Virus record (IMG/VR): IMGVR_UViG_3300033076_001042
Location: 1-25,234 of that record
DNA from: a virus
Taxonomy: Duplodnaviria; Caudoviricetes
Length of the DNA stretch: 25,234 bases
Strand: one strand, 5' to 3'
Shown: piece by piece, positions 5,200-14,633 of the stretch
Numbering within the stretch: position 1 is the first letter of the stretch
How the letters are laid out: every line of letters begins with the position of its first letter
Program-made: the position numbers and the translations under genes
Notes under the pieces: generated by a model
Databases searched by the model: none
Told to the model about the DNA's origin: nothing
What the model saw: the letters and a program-made list of their open reading frames with translations, nothing else

Positions 5200-6429
5200 G
5201 TGCTCGTACGCAGACTCACGAAGCCTCCGGGCTTCCGGCAGCAAGAAGAAGGCGAGAGCGACGCCTCGTACTTCTTCTTCCTCTACGGCAACGAGAAGGG
5301 CGTCCTCGGCGTGCGCCCTGGCTACCGCTACTCGATGCGTCGCCGTGAGTGGATCGAGAAATGCGTCTGCATCGTCGACAAGCAGACCGGAACGTCCGTC
5401 CCGTTCAAGCTGAACGAGGCGCAGAGGCTTCTCGAGGCCGAGATCCTTCGCTGTGAGCGACGCGGCGAGCCCATCCGCGTGTCGGTCTTGAAGGCTCGCC
5501 AGCAGGGCATCTCCACCTACGTCACGGCGCTCCTGCTGTGGCTGATGCTGACCAACCGTGGGTTCCGCGCGATCCTGATGGGGCACAAGCGGGACTCGGC
5601 CACCGTCCTGCGCGGCCGGCTCAAGGACATGCTGCAAGGCTTGCGGCGCAACGAACGCGACCGCTGGAAGCTCGAGCCCAAGTCGAACCAGACGAAGCAG
5701 CTCGTCCTCGACGCTCCGCAGGAGTCGGCCGCCATCATCGAATCGGCGGAAGGCCCGGATTACCGGGGCGACACGATGCGCTTCTTCCATTGCATCGAGC
5801 CGGCCGAGTGGCCCAACGCCGAAGCCAAGGCGAACGCCGTCTCGAAGTCGATCCCGAAGGCCCCGGGGACCTACGTCATCATCGAGGGCACGGCTCACGG
5901 CGACACCAATTGGTTCGCCAAGACGTGGCGGGCCGCCTGGCGCATCCAGAGCTACGAGGAGTCGCACCTCGGTGTGCCGTGGAAGGCGCTGTTCTTCCCG
6001 TGGTACATCCACGACAGGTACCGCTGGTCCGTCGTCATGCGCCGCCCGGTGCCGCAGAAGCTCAAGGACGAGATCATGCGCACCCTCGACGACGAGGAGC
6101 GCCGCCTGCTCCGGCAGAGCTACATCCGGCGCGGCGTCGGGCGCGTCAAGGTCGACCTCGATCAACTCGCCTGGCGCCGGTACACGATCCAGGAAGACTG
6201 CCAGAACATGGTGGAGTTCTTCCACCAGGAGTACCCCGCCTTTCCCGAGGAGGCGTTCCTCTCCACGGGCATGAAGTTCTACTCGGCCAAGTTGCTCGCC
6301 GAGAAGAAGGAGAAGGAGGCCGAAAAGGGCGTGTTCAGGGGCGAAATCGTCGACCCCGATGGCGAGCGCATGATGAACCGCACGCTCTCCGACATCGAAG
6401 CCGAGGAGACATCCGGTGTGGCGTGGTGA
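5200..6429 (+). CDS. terL: Terminase large subunit, ATPase domain gene (409 aa; start uncertain)
   Basis: VPFKLNEAQ (adenine-binding), VLKARQQGISTY (Walker A), RFFHCIEPAEW (Walker B), IIEGTAHG (coupling motif), ALFFPWY and FHQEYPAFPEEAF. Confidence 0.9.
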   Translation: MLVRRLTKPPGFRQQEEGESDASYFFFLYGNEKGVLGVRPGYRYSMRRREWIEKCVCIVDKQTGTSVPFKLNEAQRLLEAEILRCERRGEPIRVSVLKARQQGISTYVTALLLWLMLTNRGFRAILMGHKRDSATVLRGRLKDMLQGLRRNERDRWKLEPKSNQTKQLVLDAPQESAAIIESAEGPDYRGDTMRFFHCIEPAEWPNAEAKANAVSKSIPKAPGTYVIIEGTAHGDTNWFAKTWRAAWRIQSYEESHLGVPWKALFFPWYIHDRYRWSVVMRRPVPQKLKDEIMRTLDDEERRLLRQSYIRRGVGRVKVDLDQLAWRRYTIQEDCQNMVEFFHQEYPAFPEEAFLSTGMKFYSAKLLAEKKEKEAEKGVFRGEIVDPDGERMMNRTLSDIEAEETSGVAW

Positions 6430-7153
6430 ACTCCAAGAGGCCGCGTACGGCGACCTGACCATCTACGAGCATCCGCAGCCGGATCTCCAGTACGCCGTTG
6501 CGGTCGACACCTCGAGCGGACTCCGCACCTCGAAGGATCGCGGCGACCCCTCGTGCGCCCAGGTGATCGAGATGCGCACTTGTCGGCAGGTTGCCGAGAT
6601 GCACGGCTACCGGGAGCCTACCCAGTGGGGGTATGCCAGCGCCCGGCTGGCCGGGTACTACAACCTGGCCCCCCTCGCCATCGAGACGCACCCTTCCCAG
6701 CACGGGCTGGCCGCCTTCATTGCCGCCGAGCGGTACGGCTACCCCAAGCTCTACATGCAGCGCCGGGTCGAATCCAAGACCGGAGCGATCAGCGAACGCC
6801 GGGGGTGGGTGCGCAGCGCCGGCTCAACCTACGCCATGCACGACCGGATCCGGGAAGCCCTGTCCGAAGGGTGCATCATCCGGTCCCAGCGGCTCCTGGA
6901 CGAGCTCTCGGCCATGCGCTACGAGGATGGCAAGTTCGTCTCTGACGACCACGACGACACCATCATCGCCTACGGAATCGCCCTGCTCCTGCGCGACCAG
7001 GCGTTCCGGCTCGGCATCGTGAAGCCGGAGGAGAAAAGGCCCCTGGATGTTGCGGATCAGTTCTGGGCTCGGCAGTCTCAGGTACAGGCTGTCTCTTCCC
7101 CCAGCCTGGAACTCGACGAACGTGAGCTCAATGGAGTCTGGAATGGTGTCTAG
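6416..7153 (+). CDS. terL: Terminase large subunit, RNase H-like nuclease domain gene (245 aa)
   Basis: GDLTIYEHP..YAVAVDTSSG, DPSCAQV, LAIETHP and HDDTIIAYGIAL. Has its own GAGGAG RBS (6403-6408) 7 nt before GTG 6416, in the +1 frame relative to the ATPase gene. Confidence 0.88.
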   Translation: MWRGELQEAAYGDLTIYEHPQPDLQYAVAVDTSSGLRTSKDRGDPSCAQVIEMRTCRQVAEMHGYREPTQWGYASARLAGYYNLAPLAIETHPSQHGLAAFIAAERYGYPKLYMQRRVESKTGAISERRGWVRSAGSTYAMHDRIREALSEGCIIRSQRLLDELSAMRYEDGKFVSDDHDDTIIAYGIALLLRDQAFRLGIVKPEEKRPLDVADQFWARQSQVQAVSSPSLELDERELNGVWNGV

Positions 7154-7427
7154 CGTGGTGATCTCGGTGGCGATCACGAGCCTTGTCTGGCTCGGCGTCG
7201 TCCTCATCGTGACGAGCAACTACGCCAGCATCGTTCGCCGGCTGATGGACTCCAACCGCGAGGTGATGCGGAACACCTGGGCCGAGCGCACGGCCCTTGA
7301 GGGTAAGTCGGTAGCCGCTGGCGATCTTGTCCAAGCGTCTGCGCACGCGGCCAGCCTCGTCGAGCGGCACAAGGAAGCACAGCGAAGCGCCGCCCTCTCT
7401 ACCGATGACCACCTCCTCGGGCTCTGA
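7143..7427 (+). CDS. Small membrane-anchored protein (94 aa)
   Basis: GGAG RBS, N-terminal TM VVISVAITSLVWLGVVLIVT, and TGATG coupling to the portal gene. Confidence 0.7.
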   Translation: MVSSVVISVAITSLVWLGVVLIVTSNYASIVRRLMDSNREVMRNTWAERTALEGKSVAAGDLVQASAHAASLVERHKEAQRSAALSTDDHLLGL

Positions 7428-9553
7428 TGGCAAGCAAGCACTTCAAGATCTCGGACGATGAGGCGTCGCAGCGGGTAGACAAGCTGGTCACGCTCGAGGG
7501 GCGGTCGTCGCACCGCTACCCGTTCGAGAAGACGGCGCTCAGGAACCGGCTCTACTTCCTCGGGAAGCACTGGTTCATCGAGGACAACGCCAGCGGCTTC
7601 TTCCGCGAGCCCCGGATCGTCGGCTCGAACCGGGTTCTCTACAAGGCGAACCTGCTCCTCGGCAACGTTTTGCGCTCGATGCTCACCATCGCGGGCGCGG
7701 CCGGCGACTTCACGGTCCCGCCGGCCAAGAACACGCGCGACGCGAAGAAGGCCAGTTGGACGGCGACCAAGCTGTTCGAGCACCTCTCCTACACGGTTGG
7801 GATGCGCGAACTCGACCAGCTCGCGTGCCTCATGGCGGCGCTCGACGGGTCGGTGATCTGGAAAGTCTACTGGGACCCGGACATCGGCGAGCCGGTGCGC
7901 TTCTACTACCCTGACTACGCCGAGGGGAAGGCGGTCGCCGCGCTCTCCGAGCCGGAGATGCGTGAGCTCGAGAGCGAGGGCAAGTACCGCGACGAGCGCC
8001 GTGGAGACGTGCGCGTCGAACTCAAGAGCATCTTCGAGATGTGGTGGGACTGGAAGGCGCGTGATCGCGGCTTCCGTGACGCCGAGTGGGCGTGCGAGGT
8101 GTCTCTCGTCTCGCGTGACTGGGCGCGCGACGTGTACGGGAAGAAGATCGACGACATCCCCGCGTCGGACGGCAAGGAAGGCTCGCTCTACTACAACGAG
8201 CTGATCTCGTTCATGTCCGGGCAGTTCGGCGCCAGCGCCGACATGCAGAAGGTCGCGCCCGAAGAGTCGGACGAGAAGATCCTCATGCGCGTGCTGTGGG
8301 AGGTGCCGCGCCCGTCCAACGGCATGATGGGGCGCTACATCGTCAAGGCGGAGAACACCGTGCTCGAGAACCGGGACAACCCGAACCGAGCTACCGACTT
8401 CGCGCTGCCCTTCGTGCGGCAGAACTGGATCACGTGCCCTGGCCGCTTCTGGGGCATCTCGCTTGCCGAGAACATGACCAGCGCCCAGCACCAGTACAAC
8501 GTGGCGCGCTCGAAGAAGATCCAGCACCAGAACGTGTACGGCCAGCCGATGACGTTCATCCCGGAGAGCTGGAACGTGCCCGAGGATGTCGTCTCGCTGG
8601 AGCCCGGCGCGATCCGTCGCTACAACGCCGCTGGCGGCGGAGACATGAAGCAAGGCCCCGTGCCGATGCTTCCCAAGGAGGTCAACGAGAACGCTGCCGA
8701 GGCTCGAGCCGAGATGGCCGAGATCAGCTCTCAGCAGTCCATCGACAACTCGAAGCTGCCCGGCCAGATCCGCTCTGCCTCGGGCCTCGAAGCGTTCATG
8801 GACGAGCGGAACAAGATGCTGATTCACCCCGCCGAGAACTTCCTTCTCTCGAAGGAGCAGGTCGGCCAGCACATGCTCGCGCTCGCCCACAAGAACTACC
8901 CCGACGACCGGATCGTCCACTACGTCGGCGAAGACCGGAAGTGGCGGGCGCTGCACCTCCGCCGCGTCGACATCAAGACCGACCTGCGCGTGATGATCGA
9001 CCGGAGCAAGATGCTCCAGTCTCCCGGCACGGTGAAGGCGCGCACGATGGAGATGCTCCAGCTCGGCGCGTTGAACCCGGCGGACCCCGACGAGCGCGAG
9101 GCGATCCTCAAGGCGATGGAGTTCCAGATCGCCGACGAACTCGTGGGTGATCGACTCGTCGAGGAGGAGAACCAGGAGCGCGAGATCGAGGAGATGCTCG
9201 CGGACCCGACAGCGTGGATCCAGCCGCGCGCTGACATGATGGCTCCGCAAGAGTCGTGGCAGGTCGACGAGATGACCGGCCAGCCGAAGCCGCCCATCGT
9301 GCAGGGCTACCCGATCAACCCCTTCGATGACCACCGGATCCACGCCAAGGTGTGTGTCCGGTTCATGCGCTCGGAGGAGTTCCGTGAACTCGACCCCATC
9401 AGCCAGTCCCTCGTGATGATGCACCACCAGGCCCACGAGGCCAAGGTGCAGGAGGAGATGATGCGAGAGCTGATGATGCAGCAAGCAATGCAGGGCGCCC
9501 CAGGCCAACCGGGCGCTCCTTCCAAGGCCAAGCAACCTACGCCAGCCCTATGA
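7427..9553 (+). CDS. Portal protein (708 aa)
   Basis: Position after the terminase, size, and motifs GSVIWKVYWDP, LPFV..PGRFWG.S, Q.QYN, EPGAIRRY, EISSQ and SASGL. Ends in an M/Q-rich helical C-terminus. Confidence 0.88.
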   Translation: MASKHFKISDDEASQRVDKLVTLEGRSSHRYPFEKTALRNRLYFLGKHWFIEDNASGFFREPRIVGSNRVLYKANLLLGNVLRSMLTIAGAAGDFTVPPAKNTRDAKKASWTATKLFEHLSYTVGMRELDQLACLMAALDGSVIWKVYWDPDIGEPVRFYYPDYAEGKAVAALSEPEMRELESEGKYRDERRGDVRVELKSIFEMWWDWKARDRGFRDAEWACEVSLVSRDWARDVYGKKIDDIPASDGKEGSLYYNELISFMSGQFGASADMQKVAPEESDEKILMRVLWEVPRPSNGMMGRYIVKAENTVLENRDNPNRATDFALPFVRQNWITCPGRFWGISLAENMTSAQHQYNVARSKKIQHQNVYGQPMTFIPESWNVPEDVVSLEPGAIRRYNAAGGGDMKQGPVPMLPKEVNENAAEARAEMAEISSQQSIDNSKLPGQIRSASGLEAFMDERNKMLIHPAENFLLSKEQVGQHMLALAHKNYPDDRIVHYVGEDRKWRALHLRRVDIKTDLRVMIDRSKMLQSPGTVKARTMEMLQLGALNPADPDEREAILKAMEFQIADELVGDRLVEEENQEREIEEMLADPTAWIQPRADMMAPQESWQVDEMTGQPKPPIVQGYPINPFDDHRIHAKVCVRFMRSEEFRELDPISQSLVMMHHQAHEAKVQEEMMRELMMQQAMQGAPGQPGAPSKAKQPTPAL

Positions 9554-10200
9554 CGAACCAAGCATCCCCGTTCCAGATTCCCAAGGCGCGCACGAGCGCC
9601 GACTTCGCGCGCCGAATGGCGGAGGCAGCGAAGAATCGCGCCCTCGCCGTCGAAGCCGCTCGCCACGAGATGCCGACCGGCACGTGCTGGGTCCTCGGGT
9701 GCAACACGAATCCCCAGCACATCGGCATCATCTTCGCTGATGGCGTCGACCCGTCGCGCGACAAGACGATCCACGGCGGCATGTGGTTCTCCTCGACGCA
9801 CGACATCGACGAGCCGTTCTTCGGCACGCGCGATCAGATCTTGTGCTCTCAGTGCCTTGCCGAGACTGGCGCGCAGACGCCGCTCCGCATCGAGCCCGTC
9901 GACTCGCCCGCGCCCGACTGGGGGTTCTGCTTCCAGGTTCCGCCGCGCTGGATGCGCTTCGCCCGTCAGGTCGAGGTTGCCAAGCTCGAAGCCTACATGC
10001 CGAAGCCGGCCGCGCTCCCGAAGGACGAGCCGCCGCCCGAGGTCAAGGAGGTGCTCGAGCGTGACGAGGTGTACGACATGAAGGCCCCCGTCAAGCCGGC
10101 CGAGGTGGTGGTGCCTCCCAAGGAGACGGCCCACAAGCCCATCACGGCGGACGACTTCAAGAAGGTCGCCGGTAGCGGCCTGAAAGGCGGTGCGTCGTGA
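9550..10200 (+). CDS. Hypothetical protein (216 aa) with possible Zn-binding Cys pairs
   Basis: CWVLGC...H and CSQC, with a P/K/E-rich tail. ATGA and GTGA overlaps. Confidence 0.75.
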   Translation: MTNQASPFQIPKARTSADFARRMAEAAKNRALAVEAARHEMPTGTCWVLGCNTNPQHIGIIFADGVDPSRDKTIHGGMWFSSTHDIDEPFFGTRDQILCSQCLAETGAQTPLRIEPVDSPAPDWGFCFQVPPRWMRFARQVEVAKLEAYMPKPAALPKDEPPPEVKEVLERDEVYDMKAPVKPAEVVVPPKETAHKPITADDFKKVAGSGLKGGAS

Positions 10201-11084
10201 GCGACCAACAGCAAGCGTCGAACGAGCAGATCCAGGCTGCGGCCAACGCTGCGGCGGTGGACACGAAGTTCGCCATCAAGTTCAACGGGCAGGAGATCGT
10301 CTACGACCTGACCAAGCCCGAGGACAAGGCGCGGCTCCAAGCCGACGCTCAACTCGGCCGGTTCAGCGAGAGGCAGACGACCAAGCTGAACGAACTCAAG
10401 GGACAGCTCGAGCAGTTCGAGCGGGACCCCGACCGTGCCCTGGGGCGGGAACTGCGCGACTGGATGGCGCGCGACCCCCTGGCGGCGGGTACCGTCATGG
10501 AGACGGTGAAGGCACTCCAGGAAGGCAGGCTTGACCCGGTGACGGCAAGAGCTAGGCTTCTGGGGCAAGGTGGTGACGCGGACGGCGCTGTGGCCCAAAC
10601 CGGGGCCGTGGGGGATGCCCAGACCAGGGCGTACCTCCAGCGACTCGAAGCGGAACTACGAAGCGTGAAGGGTCGGACGGAAGAACTCGCCAGCGCACAG
10701 ACCATGCGCGAGCGCGAGGCTGCCATCCGAGGCACGCTCTCCGGTGAGGATTGGCTGCGCGCAAGACCAGCGACCATGCAGCTCGCCGAGCGGAGAACGC
10801 AGGAACTTCTCAGCAGGGGAATGGGCATCGAAGAAGCCACGTTGCTTGCCGTCCGCGAGGCGCGCGACATCGTGAACGAAGCGGTGAACGCCCAGGCGAC
10901 GAAGCTGCGCGAATCGAAAGAAGATGCGCCCGTGAAGACGAGTGGAGGCGTGCCCCCCATCGGGGATTTCGTCTCCAAGAAGGTCGATCCGAAGGCCAAG
11001 CCGTTCGAGCAGAAGCAACAACGGCGTGCCGCGCTGACCGAACTCTTCAACTCGTTCAAGCGTCAGGCGCTTGGCGATGGCTGA
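10197..11084 (+). CDS. Capsid scaffolding protein (295 aa)
   Basis: Helical coiled-coil protein immediately before the MCP, with an IKFNGQEIVYDL motif and a basic C-terminal helix. Confidence 0.75.
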   Translation: MSDQQQASNEQIQAAANAAAVDTKFAIKFNGQEIVYDLTKPEDKARLQADAQLGRFSERQTTKLNELKGQLEQFERDPDRALGRELRDWMARDPLAAGTVMETVKALQEGRLDPVTARARLLGQGGDADGAVAQTGAVGDAQTRAYLQRLEAELRSVKGRTEELASAQTMREREAAIRGTLSGEDWLRARPATMQLAERRTQELLSRGMGIEEATLLAVREARDIVNEAVNAQATKLRESKEDAPVKTSGGVPPIGDFVSKKVDPKAKPFEQKQQRRAALTELFNSFKRQALGDG

Positions 11085-11103
11085 ACGATAGCAGGAGACT
11101 CAC

Positions 11104-12522
11104 ATGCCGATCACTGGTAGCGGCCTCGGGACCACTTGGTCCTCGGCTGCGGAAGGCTTCCTGACCGCACTGGTCACGGACGACTACAAGAACCGACTCA
11201 ACGACGCGCGGAATAACTCCGTGCCCATCCTGTCCCTCATCCCCTCGACGAGCGAGCGGGTGTCGGGCAAATACATCGTGGAACCCGTCATGTTCGGGCG
11301 CAACCCGAACGCCTTTTCGTACGTCCGTGAAGGTGGCCGTCTGCCGGACCCCGGCACGACCTCCGCGCGTTCGTACTTCTACCGCTGGCGTACGAGCTTC
11401 GCGCGTCTCAAGTTCGACGGCACGATCCTTCGCGCCACGAACAAGGACGACGTGCGGTTCATCGACGTGATCGAGCGGGACTTCGAGGCGCTCGCCGCCG
11501 ACATGGCGGTTGACCAGGCTCGCATCCTCTACAACGACGGCTCGGGCCGCCTTGCGGAGTACGTGAGCACGGTGTCGGGTACCCAGATCAAGATTCGCCT
11601 GAATCAGAGCTGGGAATCCGTGGCGACGTGTTCGAGTTCGCCGGCTCAGTTCCTCACTCCGGGGATGCGCTTTGCCGTGATGTCGAACGCTGGCGCTCTG
11701 CGCGGCGTGCGCACGATCACGAGCATTGACGCCGAGACGCTCGGCCCGCCCTCGGAAGCCACGATCACGCACGACGGCACCGCCGTTGGCTCGATCACGG
11801 CTGGCGACTGGCTGGTCAAGGTCGGCGACAGCACGGACGGCACGGGTGCGGTCACGACCCAGGCGTCCATCAACACCGCCTACCGCGCGGAGCCGATGGG
11901 CCTCATGGGCATCCTGTCCGACGACGGTGTGCTCGACGGCAACGGCGTGTCGACCCTCTCCGGTCTGACGTACGTGGGCGCGGACGACTACACGTCCACG
12001 TCTTCGACGACGTTCCAGGGGATGCCGACGACTGGCTCGAACTACGACTTCAACCGCGCAATCGTGATGACGGGCGGTGGCACGTTGCGGGCTCTCAACG
12101 AGGGCCTTCTCCAGCTCGCCATGTCGAAGATCGAGAAGACCAACAACGGCAAGATCGACATGCTCCTGTCGAACTACGGGCCGCGCGATGCGTACGGCAT
12201 CGGGCTCCTGCCGCAGAAGCAGTACGTCAACACGACGGACTTCAAGACGGGTTGGAAGATGCTCGAGTGGAACGGCGTCCCGTGGTACGTGGACCGCAAC
12301 TGCCCGGAGAACCGGGTTCTGCTCCTCGGCCTCGAGGGCGGCGGCTTCGTGCAGCACGTGAACACCCCGTTCCAGCCTCTCAACCCGTACGGCCCGCACT
12401 GGATGCGCCTGCAAGACTCGGACGAGTACCAGGTGCCCTACGTGATGGCTGGCAACATCGGTGTCGGCATCCGCAACCGTTGCGGCGGCCAACTGACGGA
12501 CCTCATCTCGCTCTCGGCCTGA
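11104..12522 (+). CDS. Major capsid protein (472 aa), HK97-type fold with insertion domain
   Basis: AGGAG RBS. Motifs GKYIVEPVMFGRN, EGGRLP, RILYNDGSGRLA, MGLMGI and GWKMLEWNGVPWYVDRNCP. Synteny and a downstream hairpin agree. Confidence 0.9.
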   Translation: MPITGSGLGTTWSSAAEGFLTALVTDDYKNRLNDARNNSVPILSLIPSTSERVSGKYIVEPVMFGRNPNAFSYVREGGRLPDPGTTSARSYFYRWRTSFARLKFDGTILRATNKDDVRFIDVIERDFEALAADMAVDQARILYNDGSGRLAEYVSTVSGTQIKIRLNQSWESVATCSSSPAQFLTPGMRFAVMSNAGALRGVRTITSIDAETLGPPSEATITHDGTAVGSITAGDWLVKVGDSTDGTGAVTTQASINTAYRAEPMGLMGILSDDGVLDGNGVSTLSGLTYVGADDYTSTSSTTFQGMPTTGSNYDFNRAIVMTGGGTLRALNEGLLQLAMSKIEKTNNGKIDMLLSNYGPRDAYGIGLLPQKQYVNTTDFKTGWKMLEWNGVPWYVDRNCPENRVLLLGLEGGGFVQHVNTPFQPLNPYGPHWMRLQDSDEYQVPYVMAGNIGVGIRNRCGGQLTDLISLSA

Positions 12523-12532
12523 TCTTGAGCTG

Positions 12533-12560
12533 GGGCCGGGGGGCTTCGGTTCCCCGGCCC
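12533..12560 (+). terminator. Strong cUUCGg hairpin after the capsid gene (no U-tract; weak terminator or mRNA stabiliser)
   Basis: GGGCCGGGGGGC-TTCG-GTTCCCCGGCCC. Confidence 0.65.
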
Positions 12561-12589
12561 GACTCTACAACCTACAAGGAGACACACAC

Positions 12590-13282
12590 ATGACGCTCTC
12601 TGTGAAGGAAGCCGGGCGCGGAAACATCGCTTCGATGCTGATGCGGTACCCGGTTATCGCTGTTCCGCCGAACGACGTGGACCTGTACGCCACGATTTCG
12701 GCCATCACTACTTCCACGACCGATGCTGCCGTCACGGGAAGAACGGCCATCGTGACGTGCGGCACGGCGGCCAACATCACGGTTCAGGTCACGACCGGAC
12801 TCAACTTCGACTCCACCAAGACCCTCACGGTCACGGTTGCCGGGTTCGACGAGAACGGTGACGCGCAGACCGAACAAATCGTTTGCGTGGGCAACGCGGG
12901 AGGAACCCAGACGTTCTCCGGCAAGATCCTCTGGAGCTACATCAGCTCCATCCTCAATCGGGTCAACGCGACGGTGACGGCTGGTCCGAACGTGACCATC
13001 GGTCACGGAGACGGAGCCAACCCGCCGACGACGCTCTTGATGGCAAACCCGTTCCCGTTCGTTCCGCCCGCCTCGGTCGCGCTTCTCAACATGAGCTCGA
13101 CGGCGACGGGTACCGTGACGGCGACGGCTGGCAACTACATCACCGTCACGGGCGATCTGGCGAACGGCATGGGCGGGTTCCGTGCCTGGAAGCTGGGTAC
13201 GAACTTCGGCGCCGTGGCGAACACGCGCCTGATGCGTCCGATCTTCCTGAACGTCCCCGGTTCTACGGTGGAGTTCGGCTGA
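12590..13282 (+). CDS. Virion structural protein, probable capsid decoration protein (230 aa)
   Basis: AAGGAG RBS. T/A/G/V-rich beta-type sequence with a TVAGFDENGDAQTEQI motif, directly after the MCP. Confidence 0.7.
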   Translation: MTLSVKEAGRGNIASMLMRYPVIAVPPNDVDLYATISAITTSTTDAAVTGRTAIVTCGTAANITVQVTTGLNFDSTKTLTVTVAGFDENGDAQTEQIVCVGNAGGTQTFSGKILWSYISSILNRVNATVTAGPNVTIGHGDGANPPTTLLMANPFPFVPPASVALLNMSSTATGTVTATAGNYITVTGDLANGMGGFRAWKLGTNFGAVANTRLMRPIFLNVPGSTVEFG

Positions 13283-13713
13283 TGGGCTGCGGACCTTCGA
13301 TCCCGATTGGCTTCGAGCGCGAGCTCAAGGAGTTCAACCCTCGCCTCCGCGTACGGTGGGACAGCGAGCGCAACCTCTGGGTCGTCGAGGAGAAAGGTCG
13401 TACGGATGGGAACTGGTACTACGTCATGCTCTGGGCCGAAAGGATCGGGCGCGCGTCGTACCAGTTCCGTCCGTTGCCGCAAACCGCCGGTCCCGTCATC
13501 GAGAAGCTCGTCGAGATGGACATGGCTCGGTTCAACCGGACGCCGCGTGCAGCGTGGAAGTCGCTCCTGAGCCAGCTCGAAGGAAGCCGGCGCGACTACA
13601 TGCAGGCGCACACGTCTCGCCAAAAGGACGTGATGAAGCAGTCCGTCAAGGACAAGTGGAACTACTACATGAAGGGGCGGCGCACCTTCGACATGGGAAG
13701 GGCTAAGGCGTGA
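13282..13713 (+). CDS. Hypothetical protein (143 aa)
   Basis: TGATG coupling. Sequence MGCGPSIPIGFERELKEFNPRLRVRWD... The longer 12883 start overlaps the previous gene and was rejected. Confidence 0.75.
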   Translation: MGCGPSIPIGFERELKEFNPRLRVRWDSERNLWVVEEKGRTDGNWYYVMLWAERIGRASYQFRPLPQTAGPVIEKLVEMDMARFNRTPRAAWKSLLSQLEGSRRDYMQAHTSRQKDVMKQSVKDKWNYYMKGRRTFDMGRAKA

Positions 13714-14633
13714 GGCTCTCTCAAGGGATCGAGCGCGTGAAGCTCGCCATCGACTCGGTGGCCGGCGACAAGCTGGACGCGGCGGGCAAGACCATCGCCC
13801 AGGTGATGAACTCCCAACTCCGCTCGATGATCCGCAAGGCCGTCGAGGAAGACAAGAGCTACGTCAACCATCGGTTCGTCCTGCTCGGCACGTCTGCCCG
13901 CACGGTCTACGGCAACTCCTTCTCGTACCGGCTGCCGCCGTGGGTGATGAAGCTCGCCAGCGTGCGCAAGTACGGAGGCACGGGCGCTGCGCGCGGGCTC
14001 GAGATCCATCGCGCTACGCGCCGGCAGATCGGCGGATGGCGGTTCACGGCGACCAACGAGATCACACTCGACGGGTTCTCCAGCGCGCCCGACCTGGACA
14101 TCGAGTGCGCGAAGATCCCGGCGGCGATGACGAAGGGGACGCTCCCGTCGCAAGCGGCGCTGACGACGAGCCAGATGAAGCTGGACGCCGACACGTCGGC
14201 TGACGCTGTGAACTTCCCGCACGAGACGGCGCTCAACGGCTACGCCGGGGCGCTGTTCGAGATCACTGGACCGACTGCCGCAGGCTCGCGCATCGGCCAG
14301 ATCCTCCGCTGCACGGGCTCGAGCTCGGACCCGACGGGTCGCGTGCTGACGATGGAGGAGGCGTGGACGAGCGCGCCGCAAGCCAACGACACCTACGAGA
14401 TGGTGGCCGAGATCCCTGACGAGCACTCGGAGCTGCTGGTCCTCTTGACCGCGCGTCGTCTCCTGTCGGTCGAGGGCAATGCCAAGGGGCTTGCGCTGAT
14501 CGGGCAGGAGATCGGCGAACAGTGGGCGAGCTACCTGACGCACATCAAGTCGAGGGACACGCAAGAGCCGTACTTCATCGGCTCGTCCCCGTTCGACGTG
14601 ATCCAGACAACCTACATGGAGCAACTGACGTGA
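13710..14633 (+). CDS. Head-tail adaptor / tail tubular protein A-like (307 aa)
   Basis: N-terminal helices, YRLP, and C-terminal EIPDEHSELLVLLTARRL typical of podoviral adaptors. Lies before the nozzle gene. Confidence 0.7.
   Translation: MRLSQGIERVKLAIDSVAGDKLDAAGKTIAQVMNSQLRSMIRKAVEEDKSYVNHRFVLLGTSARTVYGNSFSYRLPPWVMKLASVRKYGGTGAARGLEIHRATRRQIGGWRFTATNEITLDGFSSAPDLDIECAKIPAAMTKGTLPSQAALTTSQMKLDADTSADAVNFPHETALNGYAGALFEITGPTAAGSRIGQILRCTGSSSDPTGRVLTMEEAWTSAPQANDTYEMVAEIPDEHSELLVLLTARRLLSVEGNAKGLALIGQEIGEQWASYLTHIKSRDTQEPYFIGSSPFDVIQTTYMEQLT

Noticed and set aside
6400-6440. Terminase pseudogene or programmed frameshift
   Set aside because: Both halves keep their catalytic motifs, the second has its own RBS, and no canonical slippery sequence is visible. 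Not fully excluded without reads.
7220-9535. Long antisense ORFs (7220..9535, 5023..6462, 11056..12492, 23839..25164 and similar)
   Set aside because: They are shadows of high-GC3 genes on the opposite strand, with no motifs or RBS and full overlap with well-supported CDSs.
12481-12600. Capsid C-terminal extension by frameshift or readthrough into the next gene
   Set aside because: There is no slippery site, a strong hairpin intervenes, and the next gene has its own AAGGAG RBS.
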